In this document: one piece after another, positions 12,963 through 26,700 of the stretch
How the letters are laid out: the number at the start of each line of letters is the position of its first letter
Position numbering within the stretch: position 1 is the stretch's first letter
Source of the DNA: Callorhinchus milii
Lineage: Eukaryota
Length of the DNA stretch: 64,000 nt
Direction: 5' to 3'
Assembly (NCBI RefSeq): GCF_018977255.1
Contig: NW_024704766.1
Location: 5,084,001-5,148,000, forward strand
Program-made: the position numbers and the translations under genes
Notes under the pieces: generated by a model
What the model was told of the DNA's origin: nothing
What the model saw: only the letters and a program-made list of their open reading frames with translations
Database searches by the model: none

Positions 12963-14700
12963 ATTTCACACTCTCCTTTTCTCTCAATTTTCCCTTTCTT
13001 TGGTGTTTTCTCTCTATTTCAGCACCCCGGGACATCCTCCTGACGTGAAAGGCGCAATCCAAATATAATTTGTTATTGTTCTTTCTTTCTCTCTCTCCTT
13101 GACACTGACTAATTGACATGTTGAGTATGTCCAGTGTGAGTCAAGAGCCACTGAAATAGGCGCAAACAACAGTGGATTGAAACCAGGGAAATGACCAGCA
13201 ATGGCCTAACCTCTCAGGTGCCATTTACCCACTGTCAGTGCAGAACTTGGGGCAGATTTCTGACAAACATCAGTTGCCGAAGCCCCTCCTCGGAGCCCCT
13301 CTGGCGGGTGACTGTGTCGCTTGGTCACTAGTTTGTTGGGAAAAGATGAATCGTAACAACAACCGTTACACATCACAGACTTTCCACCCCCTACACGGGC
13401 AGCAAGTCACACTGACCCGCCTGAACTACTGAGGCCTGGCCTTGCCCAACGGAGAGTTGCACACCCCTGCGCACACACATACACACACTACATATACTCA
13501 CACGCTAACACACACACACAAACAGAACCACATATACTCACACACTCTCACACACAAACACACACATTCATCCCCTCCCCAACACACACACTCAGCCCCC
13601 CACTCCCTCGCGCACACCCTGCCCAGTCAGCCCTTCCTATAATGAGAGTGTCTATAGAGCCCAGTTCGCAGGGTTAAAGTGGAGCTCCCTTTATTTCAGC
13701 TATTCCCAGGGACGTAACAGATAAAGCATCTCACGGGAGGCATTTTATTCTGAGAGAAGCGATGCATAACATGCAGAGCAAGATACTTGAGATTTTGTGG
13801 TTAAGAGACACAGAGCAAGAGAGAGAGCGTTCTGTAACAGAAGAACTGAGTAAAGCTCTACAGTTCCTCCACACAAACAGCAGCAAAGGAGGGACCCCTA
13901 ACACACCCCCAATGCCCCCACCCACACACACACCACACACACCCCTGCCCACACACACACAGACACACACACTCACTCCAGCTCGTTCCAGGTCGGCTCT
14001 CGAGACAAGGGACCCAGTTATTGATCAGCCGGTGAATTGTAGTCGACCGGGTCTTCAGGTAAGACACGACATCCAGAGCCTGCGAGACACACCGAGCGGG
14101 CGGCCAAGCGAGTGAGCGAGGAGATCGAACGAATAAAACACTCTTAATAATAATAAAAATAATCAGCATCGTCTTCACCAGCGTTAGTCGTTCTCTCAGT
14201 TTCATCACATTAAATTTCAACGCCGGAGCCTAGAACGTGGGTCCGAAACATCACAAAGTGCTTCACGGGGAGGCGACGGCGAGTGTAGTGACTGTGTGTT
14301 TGTAGGCGGTAGCAGCAAAAAAAAAAAAAAAAAACACGCACACACACGACGCTCAACCGTTAAAGCGACTCGGAGTGAGTTAGGCCGAATGCGGAACAAA
14401 CCTGACGGTGTCTTGAAGCTTTTGGTTGACAACCGCCAGCACGGAGCGAGAGGAGAGAGAGCAAGCGAGTGAGAGCAAGTTGAGGGTCGAGCAGCCAGGC
14501 CGGGTGTGACCACGGGGCCGACACTGATCAGGCAGTGAGCGGAGAAGGAGACTGCGGATCACGCACAAAGCTGCTATTTAAGGTACAGGTCTCGGTGCAG
14601 ACAAAGCAAGGCTGCTCCCCTATTGTAAAGTGGTTTTATTTGTGTGTTGGTGGGGGTGTGTTTGGTGGGTGAGTTGGTTGGTTGGTTGGTATTTTTTTTT

Positions 14701-17700
14701 TCACTCGGACATTTCCGCAGAATGATCCATGTGTCGCTGTCGCTCGCCGAGCCATTGCTGGATCTTCTCCCGCAGCTCAGCGTTGGGTTTGATCTGATCC
14801 ATCGTCAGTGGGCTGCGGTTAAAGGGGTCCGTTTGGTCACTGGAAAGAGGAGGGGGGCGGGGAGGGCAGCAGAAATACAGCACATTAACAACAACTACAA
14901 ATGACATTCACACAATGCCTTTCACGTCAGGAGGACCTCCCAAGGCGCTGGGCTGGATAGTCAGGGATTGGGACACGAGCAGGGATTTGGGATCAAGGAA
15001 GGGTGGAGGGCAGGGAGGGTGGGGGTAGGAGGGTGACCAAAGACGCGGGTAAAGTGGAGGGTCTTGATATGCCTTGAAGGAAGCAAGGGAGGGAGCGAGG
15101 AGAAGGGAAGGGGGTTCCTGAGGCTTATGGCCCAACCACCGATGATGGGGCAGGCTGGGCGGGAGACGTGTTCCCTACAGAACACGATCGCAAACAGAAA
15201 GAACTGATGTGTAATAATAAAAACATAAGAATTGCCAGACAAAGGAAGACCAAGGTCCATACAGTTCGCCTTCCACCATCCTGGCAGTCGCTTGTACATA
15301 TAATATCCCAAATGATATACTGTATCTCAAGATATTGTTTCCTAAAAGGAATCTATCTGATAAAATAATGAATATTAATCTCTATAACTCCTCGTTGCAA
15401 ATTGGAGATGGGCCATGATATAATAGAATGACGGAACAGGCTTAAGGGGCTGAATTATCTCCTCCTGTTCGTCTGTCCCAAACATCGTTATGATCTTATG
15501 GCCACATGACGTTTACACATGGAGCATTATTTCCACCCTCCCACCCTAAATCCCAATGGTAGAAACCCAGCTCCTTACCTGAGCAGATGTCTGGCTATGG
15601 TGGATCTGTCCACAGTGACCCGGGAGGAGGGAAGCATCACAGGGTCCATCATCACGGTGCTCATGATGGGGTCCAGAAACTCATCTGGGGCGTCTACATA
15701 CGTCTCCTCTTCCTGCTGCTGCCGGTCTGCAAAAGACTGAGGCCAGAGAGCGGACGTTAGAGAGAATGATGCCAACCCCCCATTGGGTCCAAATCCCTGA
15801 CTGTCCAGCGCCTTAGGACGGCCTCCCGACGTGAAAGTCGCTGTATAGATGTCATTGTTGTTGTTAGCCCCAGGGAGACCTCACCCCAAGCTGAGGAGAA
15901 TTCACATTCGCCTACAAATTACCCAGTCATTTTATAGTTATATTCTATCAAGCGTTTTGAGATATCCTGCTGAAGATGTGATAAAGCACTGTATGAAAGG
16001 ATTAGTAATATTATTATTTTTCCAATTTCCTCCCCACTCCGCTTTACAGTCTATCCTGTGAAGCACTTTGCGGCGTCTCCACGACCTGATAAGGCGCTGT
16101 ATCAAATGCAAGGATTATTTTTATTTTTATTAATTAATTATGGACAGTCTGGTCATTCTATACAGTTGGCATGATGCGAGCGGGTGACCTTGACATGACT
16201 TTGGCGTGACTTACTTTCACTTTCTCGGCCAAGTCGCTGAAGGCCACGATCATGTCTCCCGGTTTGTTGATCTTCTTCAAGACACGTACGGTCTGAGCAA
16301 AGAGGGTGGGCGAGTAGGAACGTCCGTCCTTGGGCACCGTGGCACAGAAACTGTCCCGCTCGCTAGAACGAGAGGAGGCGACAGTCAGGACATTTTTTAA
16401 AATATATATATATCTATATATATGTAAAATCAAAAGATTTTGCTCGGTTCTTGATCCACTAAGAGACTTCCTAAGATCAGGTCCCGGGGTTTGGGTGTCC
16501 ACATTGTGGTGTTAGCTGGTTAGACTCCAGCAGTTACACCCAACGCACACTCTGGGGATCCCCCCCAAGCCTTGGCTCTCGTCAACCTGCAGCCTATTAC
16601 TCTCCGGTATTAGGTAAGCAATTGGGAAGAGTCCCTCCAGGGAGAGCGAGAGACAGAGAGCGCATTCCATTCCAACAATCTATCGCGGGGATTTCCATGT
16701 GTGGGTGACATGCCTGGAATTCCCAGTTTGGTTTGGACATTCACTGTGTCAAGACTGCGGTGTTCAGCTGTTACTCAGGTCAGGGCATCAAGGGATATGG
16801 GGGTAAGGGCGGGCAATTGGAGTTGAGGTACCGATCAGCCATGATCTAATAGAATGGCAGAACAGGCTCCAGGGGCTAAACGGCCTACTCCTGATCCTAA
16901 ATTGACTTTGAACCCAGCAGCAACACATAACCTTCTAATCCGGGTCTAGCGCTGAACTGGCCAGAATATGAGCCCCCTACAGCACCTCCCCCCACCCCCT
17001 ACCACCCCCCGACCTTGTGTGGCCGAGCCGTTTCACTTACCCCAGGTTCAGGTAGATGGTGCAAATGTCTGAGACCAGCTGTTGTGGTTTGAAGTCGAAC
17101 TCGCTGAAGTCCTTAACTTTCAGGGCTCCCATTTTGGGCCCCACCAGGTGCTGAAGGAAGTAGTTTAACATAGAGATGATCCTCTCGGACAGCACCGGTG
17201 CCACAAACAGGGTCTTGATTTCTGTCGGAGAATCAAACCACAGAGCAATCGTCACCGCACTGGGCGCCGTGATAAAAGCCACGGTCACCCTCCACTCGGC
17301 AAAGCACGGCAATCTCCATCAAGTGTAGTGACTGTGTATTTGTCAACAAACCACCTCGATCCCTCCCAAACCAGGCAAGTATTGTTATGGACCCAGCCTT
17401 CACGTAGGTCTACTCTATCTTATTAAACTGAGGCGAGAGTGTGGCTTTCAGAGTTTCTGAGCACAGGCTCACTGGGACACACACACAGCCCCCTCCTCAC
17501 CTGGTCTATGCTCCTGGGAGCGGGAGGAGGAGGGAGGTAAGCATGGTCTCCTTGGAGCTGAACTGGAGATCCCACTTCCCTCCCACTTCCCCACCTCCCC
17601 CAAGAAGGATAGTTGAACAGAGTCCAACGTGACACATTTGGCAACGGAATCGAGTTTCTATTCCAGTTCCTGAGCCAGGCAGGTCAGTCCGCAGTATTCC

Positions 17701-20700
17701 AGCTGCTGACAGCGCAGCCCAGCCTGACTCATCAGCAGGACAGGAAGGGCAGACCAGTCACTGGGGGCAAGGAGTCATCCCATTCAGCTCCTGTTAACCC
17801 TGCAAGCCAAAGCCTAACGGGTAGGGTGGCCCTAGATGAACAAGCAAGCGTAGGGGGACAGACCCCTTGAGCTGCGAACCTGAGCTGAGGAACGTCAGGG
17901 TGCCGATGGTCTCGTTGGACATGATGTTGTGGAAACGCGCCAGCTGCCCGAACAGCTGGAGGCTGGTATCCTTCTCCCTGCGAGCCTCTGGGGCCAGCCC
18001 GTCCCACTCCCCTCTGTCCCGCTCGATTTGCTGGATTTTAATCTTGCTCAAGTACTGCGGGAAACAACAACAAGTGTAGTGACTGTGTATTTGTCGGCAA
18101 ACCCGCTCAATCCCTCCCAAACTAAATGAGTATTAGCCATCCTTTGGGCACGTGCTTACGTTCACCTCCCCCCTCTCCTCGGCTCGTTGCCCGACTCCGC
18201 CACTGTGAAGCGCTCCGGGACGCTATCCAGCATAGAGGGCCCTATATAAATGCAAGTTGTTGTTGTTGGGTAGGTCTCTCCCATCGCTTGTTAAACTCAA
18301 GAGGCAAGAGGATATAACAAAAAAACTTGCAGTTTTGTTTCACCCTCAAAAACATGGTAAGTTATCTCAACAACAATTTGCATTTACACAGCGACCCTCA
18401 CTCACATAGGGTAGCGCCCCAGGGCGTTTGACAGTGGTGGAGCAAGGCATCAAGCTGGGGGAGGTGCCCGTAGGCACCGTCGAAGAGGAAGGTCTTCAGG
18501 CGTGATATGAAGATGGGGGAGGAAGGGAGAGGGCAAGCCGGAGGGATTGAGGGAGAGAGTTCCAGAGTTCCGGCGTGTAGTGGCTGAAAGCGCGGCCTCT
18601 GATGGTGGAGCGGAGGAGGGCAGTGGGTACGCGGGTCAGAGAGGTACGGAGGTCATGGGTGTAATAAACCACTGTGAGGGTTTATTACGGAGACAAACGT
18701 GCCTCAGGCGCAGGTTACCTGGATAGCTTCATCCAGCAGGAAAATGGCGTCATTGATGAGTAGGTTGAGGAAGCGAAGGAAGAGTGGAGGGTTCATGGCC
18801 TCCAGGTTGTCACAGGCGTAGTCAGCCAAGTTCTGAACCACAAGAATAAACAACAATATAATTTTGAAAATAACAACATCAACTTGCATTTGTGTAGTGT
18901 CCTTCACCCGGGATAGAGTCCCGGAGCGCTTGATATTAAAATAATATTGCTTGCATTTGATCTAGCAGCTTATCACGTCTTTGAGACGTCTCAAAACGCT
19001 TCACAGAATATACCTTTGTAGGTCAAACGCGCACAGCAGTGCACCACGAACAGTCGTGGATTGAGTGACCAAATGATTATTATTTTTATTTTTTTTTGAA
19101 GGGATTATTACCCCCGGAAAACAATCCACCAAAATCGACTAATACGTGGGTTCCTACTTACTGCTGGTAAACAGGGGCGTTTGGAGTAAGGAAACTTGCC
19201 CAATATTTTGCCCTGCCCAGGAATTGAACCCAGGTCCTCTCGCTTGCAAGGCGATGGTTCTAACCACTAAGCTACAGGACTCCACGAGGTAGTGATGGGA
19301 TGAAATTCCCGACTCCACGAAGACGGCACAAACACAGCGGAAAACAAGGGTCCGTCCAGGCCAGCGATGGAGTACACACAAGCGCGCACGAGCGGAAGCT
19401 TTGCAGAGAGCTGCCGGTCTGACAGACACACACCTTAATGCTCTGCCTGTAGTTCTCCAGGCCCCACATGTACCGCAGGATGGGGTACATCGGCCGCCTG
19501 TAGTTAAACTTCTGCTCAAACTGGTGAGGGTCGCCTGGCAACACAGGGGGTGTCAGCATCACGGAGACAGACATGGAATAGACAACAACAAGAACAACTT
19601 GCACCTCACGAAGGGCTATGTCTCGGAGCGCTTGACAGTGGCGGAGCACGATGCCAAGCTGGGGGGAGGGAGGGGGAGGTGACCATAAGCACGGTCAGAG
19701 AGGAAGGTCTTCAGGCAGCGAATATGAAAGGGGGAGAAAGGGGGCAAGGCGGAGGGATTGAGGGAGTGAACACTCACACACACACCCTCAGCTGTCACAC
19801 ACACCCAGACACCCACATAAACAACCTACCTGTGAATTCGATGTCCACAAAGACCTCGATGAGAGCCTGGGCCAGGTGCGGTGCGTGCTGGTAGGAGCAG
19901 AAGACGCGCTCGCGGTGGAACAGGCTGGAGGTCAGCGAGTTTTGTGTCGGCTCCAGGTGAGGCATCACTGCCTCCAGCACCTCAGCCAACTTCGCCCGCA
20001 GGTGAGGGTTCTTCATCCTGTGAAGTGACACGCAGGCTTACAGATTATTAGAAAAGGATTATTATTACGTGAATACGCAAACTGACCCACTAACGTACAC
20101 CTCGCACTTCATACAGCGCCTTATCACCTCTTCGAGACTTTTCAAAGCGCTTCACGGAATGTATTGTGAAGTGCAGTGACTGTGTATCGTGTGGGCGAAA
20201 CACGCCAGCCAATTGCACACAGCAGTGTCCTACAAACAGTCGTGGATTGAATGGCCAAATTATTATTATTTATTTATTATTTTTTGGAGGGATCCAGAAA
20301 GCGATCCGGCAATCAACTAACAAGTGGGTTCCTACTTACTGCTCGGTAAACAGAGGCGAGTGGAGTAAGGAAACTTGCCTCCGATTTTCCCCTGCCTGGG
20401 AATCGAACCCAGGTCCTCTCGTTTGCGAGGCGAGTGCTCTATCCACTACGTAACAGCACTTCCTGACGCAACTAACATACACCTCAAATGAAATCCTTTT
20501 AAAAAACACAGGAAACCACTAGTGAGAGGGGAGCCCGACCGGGAGGAGAGAGATATTGGCCAACAGGGAAATCAGAAGGCAATTAGAGACCAAGTTAGCC
20601 ACTCCGCGAGGCGAGAGACTCGTTAGCGTCTGGAATGCTTTGCCTGAAATGGTGTTGGAAGTAGATTTGATACTCGCTTTGAAAAAGGAATTGGATAAGT

Positions 20701-23700
20701 CGAAGAGGAGGGTCTTGAGAGAGGCCTTGAAGGAGGCAGCGGAGAGGAGGTGAGGCGAAGGGATTGTGGGATGGAGTGTCTCTCCCCCCATCACCACACA
20801 CACACACACAATACACAGTTGCTCTCAAACTCCATCAAAATTTTATACAACATTCCAGTATTTACAATATTTCCTGTGAAGTGCTTTGTGACCGGATGAG
20901 GCTATATAATCAAAAGGGAATTGGGTAGAGGGAAGAAGGAAAAATGTGTGGGGCTATGGGGTAAGAGCGGGTGGGGAGTGCGTGGTGGGGAGTGGGACTA
21001 GTTGGTAGCTTTTTCAAAGAGTCAGCAGAGGCCCGATGGGCCGAATGGCCTCCTTCTGTGCTGTAAGACTCTATGATTCTAGAAGACCCACCTCTCCACG
21101 TTGCCCATGAAGACGGTGACAAAGTGCAGGATGTGCTCCAGCGAATCGCCTGCCGTTTCTAACACCTCATCCGCAAAGCGCCGCAGGAAGATGAAAAAGT
21201 CGCCCAGGTTGTCGGCAAAGAACTCTGTGGGGAAACACAGCAAAGTGAGTCGTCACAGCCCGTGCCACACAGCGTCAAACCACGTCACGGCACAGCACAG
21301 CCATCACACAGCAGGCACCTCGCGCCTGGCGGTGGGAAAATTCCCAACTGCAATCGGCCTTGCTCCTCCCTACGTCCGTGATCCACTAACCCCCTACCAA
21401 CCTGTCCGCTCTTGCCGCTCAGCGGGCTCCAACCTGCTTCACGTCCCCCACATTGCCCGCCGCACCATCGGCTGGTGGGCCTTCAGTCTCTCTGCCCCCA
21501 CCTTCTGGAACTCCATCTCACAGACCCTCCGCCTCACCCCCTCCCTTCCTTCAAGAACCACCTCAGGACCTTCCCTCCTCTTCATCCTCCTGAGGATCCA
21601 TGACTGTTTCGGGATGTCCTCCTGAGTGAAAGGCGCTGTGTGTAAATGTAATTTGTTGTGGTCAGCCCGCAACCCTGTTCTCCAGGAATCGGTGAGTGGG
21701 GAAGAGATTATTATTATTACGATTCTTATTACCCCCTGGAAAGCGATCTGGTAATACACTAACAACCGGATTTCCTGCTTACTGCTTGGTAAACAGAGGC
21801 GTGTGCGCAGAGTAAGGAAACTTGCCTAATATTTCGCCCTGCCCGGCCAGGAACGGAATCGAACCCGGGTCCTCTCGCCTGCGAGGGCGAGTGCTCGAAG
21901 ATATAAGATATGGGACTCAGTAGTCTCTCTGCGCAGGTGATACCCACCCACCCCCCGCCCCGTCTCGTGGTGCTGTGAGGGTCTTGTGGCACACACACAC
22001 ACACAGAGAGCACTCTTCGTACCTGGGACATGTGCCAGGGGACAGTATTCCAGGGGGGGCAGAGGGAAGGCCACGGGCAGGTAGCCGGTGCCATGGCTGC
22101 CCAGGGCAAACTGCACCAGGATGGTGGCTGTGGAGACCTGTAGGTTCACGCAGTTCTGCAGCATCTGGGGTTCGGTGGCAGCGGCTTTGGTGGACAGATA
22201 GATGGTCATCAGCCGCTCAAACTGCTCCCTCAGGCCCTCCGCCGCGGCGCTGGAAGATTGCTGGGCGTCTCGCCACGCCATCTGCAGCCGGTGCAGGTTC
22301 TGGTTCATCTTCACCATCTGGTCGTGTAGCCTGCCACAGCAACGTGGGTGAGACATAACGGTGGGCACATGCAGAGACAGAGAGAGACTGGGGGAGGACA
22401 GACAGACAGAGACCGGGGGAAGACAGACAGAGAGAAGACAGACAGAGAGAAGACAGACAGAGAGAAGACAGACAGAGAGAAGACAGACAGAGAGAAGACA
22501 GACACAGAGAAGACAGACAGAGACGGAGGGAGACAGGGGGTGTTCTGTGGCTCTGTACCTGTGGAAGCCCAGGTGTAAAGTGTACTGTGTCAGGATTAAA
22601 TTCTCCGTCACTAAGTTGTAGGTTTCGGCAAATGTGGGCTCGAAGTCCGGGGGCAGTGACATCAGAGCCGTCTCCTTGTCCAAACCTAAGGCAACAATAA
22701 CAACAACACATTACATTTACACAGCGCCTTTCACATCGGGTGATATCCCAAGGCACTGGACAGTCAGGAATTTGGACCCGAGCTGGGGGTTGGGATCAGG
22801 AGTGGTGGAGGGCAGGGAGGGTGGGGGTAGGAGGGTGGCCGAAGGCGAGGTTGAAGAGGAGGGTCTTTAGACGGGACATTGAAGGAGTCAAGGGAGGGAG
22901 TGAGGCGAAGGGACTGAAGGATGGATATAGAGCCTTATAACATCCTTGAGACGTCTTCAGAGAATTATAGTGTAAAGTGACTGTATTTTGTGGGAGAAAC
23001 GCGGCAGCCAACTCACACGGACAGAGAGAGGGATCGACAGCCGGACCGACAGATAAGTGCCCCACACCCTCCTCACACAGAGAGCACCCAACCCCCCATC
23101 CGCACCTACCTTTGATGTGAACGTTCCTAGTTCTACGTTCCTCCTCGTTCAGCTCCTTGAGGGCGCAATAGGTTGGGTTGAAGGTGAGCAGCTTGAGAGA
23201 GTGAGGCCGGCAGAAGGGTTGGCACAGCTTTAGGAGGGCGGCGCCGAGGTTCACGAAGAAGGTATCCGAGGCGTACATTTGGAGGAAGAGTTCGGGCATC
23301 TGATTGGCCCAGATCTTGGTGCGGCCGGCGTTGGCGAACAGACAGTGACCGAGCCAGGACAACAGCCGGTGTTTGGTGCCCGGTGAGAGCTGGATCAAGT
23401 TACGGAGGATCTGATGGATCTTGTCGTGATATTGAGCCATGAACTGCGGGACAGGCAGAGAGAGAGAGAGAGAGAAAAACAATAATATTAATAATGATAA
23501 TCTGGTCATTCAATCCATCACTGTTTGTGGCACACTGCTGTACACAATTGCTGTCCCCTTTCTCCCCCTCTCTCTCTCTCCCCCTCCCCCTCACCCCGCC
23601 CGGTGTGTTCGCTTCCCCTACCCTCACCTGGTGAATGCTAGCTTCCTGAACCTTGATCTCCTGAGGACTGGTGCGAGAGGGATTCAGAAAGTAGGAATGG

Positions 23701-26700
23701 TTCTCCACTAATCCCGGGGTTTTCAGGAGGCAGGAGATGTTCAGGATGCTTCCCAGCAACGTTTTCTGGTACAGATTCCCGTTACTGAGGTCCTGGGGTT
23801 GAATGAAGTCTAGGAAAACCTGTCGGAGTGATCACAAGTTGCTTAACAATAATACTAATAAGGCGTTTTGAGACACCTCGAAGACATAAGGCACCATATT
23901 AAATGTCAGCCATTTGATATAGCACCTTATCATGTCTTCGAGACAACAACAAAATTACATTTGTATAGCACCTTTCATGTCAGGAGGTCATCCTAATTAC
24001 TTCGCACAATTTTACTGTAAAGCGTAGTGACTGTGTATTTTGTGGGCCAAACGCAGCAGCCAATTGCGCACAACAGCGTCCCTCAAACAGCCGGGGTTTG
24101 AGTGACCCAAATTATTATTTTTTTAAAATAATTTTACCCACGGAAAAGCGATCCGCCAATCGACTAATAACCGGGTTCCTACTTATTGCTGAGTAAACAG
24201 AGGCGTCAGTGTGGAGTAAGGAAACTTGCCTAAGGTTTCGTCCTGTCCAGGAATCGAACCGACTTGCGAGGCGAGTGCTCTAACCACTACGCCACAACTC
24301 AACAGGTCAGAACTAAAGCCTAGCCATATCAACCTGGTCGCAGGACAACAAAAACAACAATAAATGACATTTACACAGCGCCTTTCACTTCAGGAGGACG
24401 TCCCAAGGCCCTGGACAGTGAAGGACCTGAGCTGGGGGTTGGGATCAGAAGGGGTGGAGGACAGGGAGAGGGAGAGTAGGGGTAGGGTTACGAGGGTGAC
24501 ATCTGCAGCTCACAAGCTATCAAATACGGTCACTAAGTGACTACAATTGCGCAGTAAAGGTCTGTGTTTCACCTCACAAATCCTTTGAGATGAGGCCCTA
24601 CATCAAAACTAAGGGGCTTTGCTAAGTGCACGCGAGCACATTAATGTAGGTTTAACCTTTACCTGTGCCAGTGTGGGCTGCCGCGTGATGAACAGGAGGA
24701 TATCCAGGTAGTTGTACAACAGGACCTGGCAAAGTTCCATCTCCCGTACGCGCTCCATTAACATCTCCAGCAATGGAAACATCACTTCGTTCAGGGTCCT
24801 CACCTCCTCGTCCACCTTTAAGGCATTTACCACATCGTCGACGAACTCCGCCACCTCCTCAAAGTCTGAGCGAAGGAAGGAAGCGGCAGAACCTTACAGA
24901 CCCGTCACACTGAAATGCCTCAAAGCGCTTCAGTGCGGAAAACGGGAGAGAAGAACAACAAGAAGCTCAACTTCCCACCAATGGAGGGGGGGAAATGGTG
25001 TGAGCGCGTGATTGTACGCTTACAGGCATGAACGCTGTAAGATTAATAACCCTCGCATTTGATACAGCGCCTTATCCCGTCTTCGAGACGTCTCAAAGCC
25101 CTTCACAGAATATACTGCAAAGTGAATTGACTGTGTGTTTTGTGGGCGAAACTCGGCAGCCAATTGCGCACAGCAGCGTCTCACACAAACAGTCGTGGAT
25201 TCAGTGACCAAATTATTATTATTATTTATCTCCGGAAAAGCGATCCTTCAATTGACTAACAACCGGGTTCCTACTTACTGCCAGATAAACAGAGAGTAAG
25301 GAAACTGTGCCTAAGCTTTCACCCGACCCAGGAATCGAACCCGAGTCCTCTCAGCGTGTGAGGCTACAGGGAGTCAAAGAGCTTTGTTGTAGATGGAAAT
25401 CCCTCTGTGTCCGCGACCAGCAGCGACATTCAAGATGGGGAACCATACAGCAAAACAACAAATTACATTTGTACAACATCTTTTACATCGGGAGGACGTT
25501 CTATGGCACTGGTCCTTCCCGTGCCCCCCCCTCCAACACACCCGCGCCCCCCACTCAGGATAGGACTCACTTGGCCCATTAATCCCAAGCATCAGGTCCA
25601 GGAGCTCGGCGCAGATGTTCTGGTTGATGTAGATCTCTGGGGTGAGGAGGGCTGTGTGAGCGTTGATCACCGTCAGCTCCTTACACTTCACCGCGAACGG
25701 CAGCAGCAGCTCAGGAACCTTCGTGATCTGTCTCCGGATGCGCAAGAGAGAAAGAGAGACAGAGTGTGAGAGTGAGAGAGGGTGGAGAGTCAGTGAGAGA
25801 GTGAGAGACAGAGTGCGCGGACTGTGTTTCACTTCAGATCTGGCCTCTCCGCGGGAGCAAAGAAAGGAAAACAGGACCGTGGAAAATGGGAGCGAAGTCT
25901 GTGATAAACAGTGAACAGCTCAACGACCCAACGACAACAACAGTAGCGACCCAGAGCTACGGCGGGACATGATGTGCGAGAACTACCGCTCGCTTACAGG
26001 GCTCAGGGCTGGACACTGGAGGATTGACGACATGGTTGAGTGTGCGCGGGTGAGCGTAGGGTAAGGATAGGATCAGCCTTAATCACACAGGATGCCAACC
26101 ATATAGCCAAAATAATTCAGATATAAAATAATTCAGTGGCCAAAATAATCTGGTGGCCCCATCCACCCTCGCACACACACGCACACTTCTCTCCCAACCC
26201 CACCGCACGCTTCCCCCACCTCCGCACACTCTCCCCACCTCCTCACACTCTCCCCACCTCCTCCCACACACACACACACACACACCCACAAACTCCAATT
26301 AGAATCACAGACGACATCAGCAGCCGAACGAGGATGGAGAAACCATGGCCGTCAGTGAACTAAGACCCACCTCTTCCTTCGCTCTCCGAAAGCAATCGAA
26401 GAGATACTTGACGATGTCCCTCTCGCCCGCGTCACGGTCCGCGGAGAGGTTGAGGGCGTTCGCTGTCGTCATGGAGATCAGATGGGACTCAGGGTTCTCG
26501 AGCAACATCCGATTGAACAGAGCCTGTGACAGGAGAGAAACAGGTCCCAGTCAGGCCAAACCCGTACTAAACAGGGAAGCCAGAGTCCTGTAGAGTAGCG
26601 GTTAGAGCGCTCGTCTCGCAAGCAAAAGGATCCGGGTTCGATTCCCGGGTCAGGGCAAAGCCTTAGGCAAGTTTCCTTACTTCCCACACATGCCTCCGTT

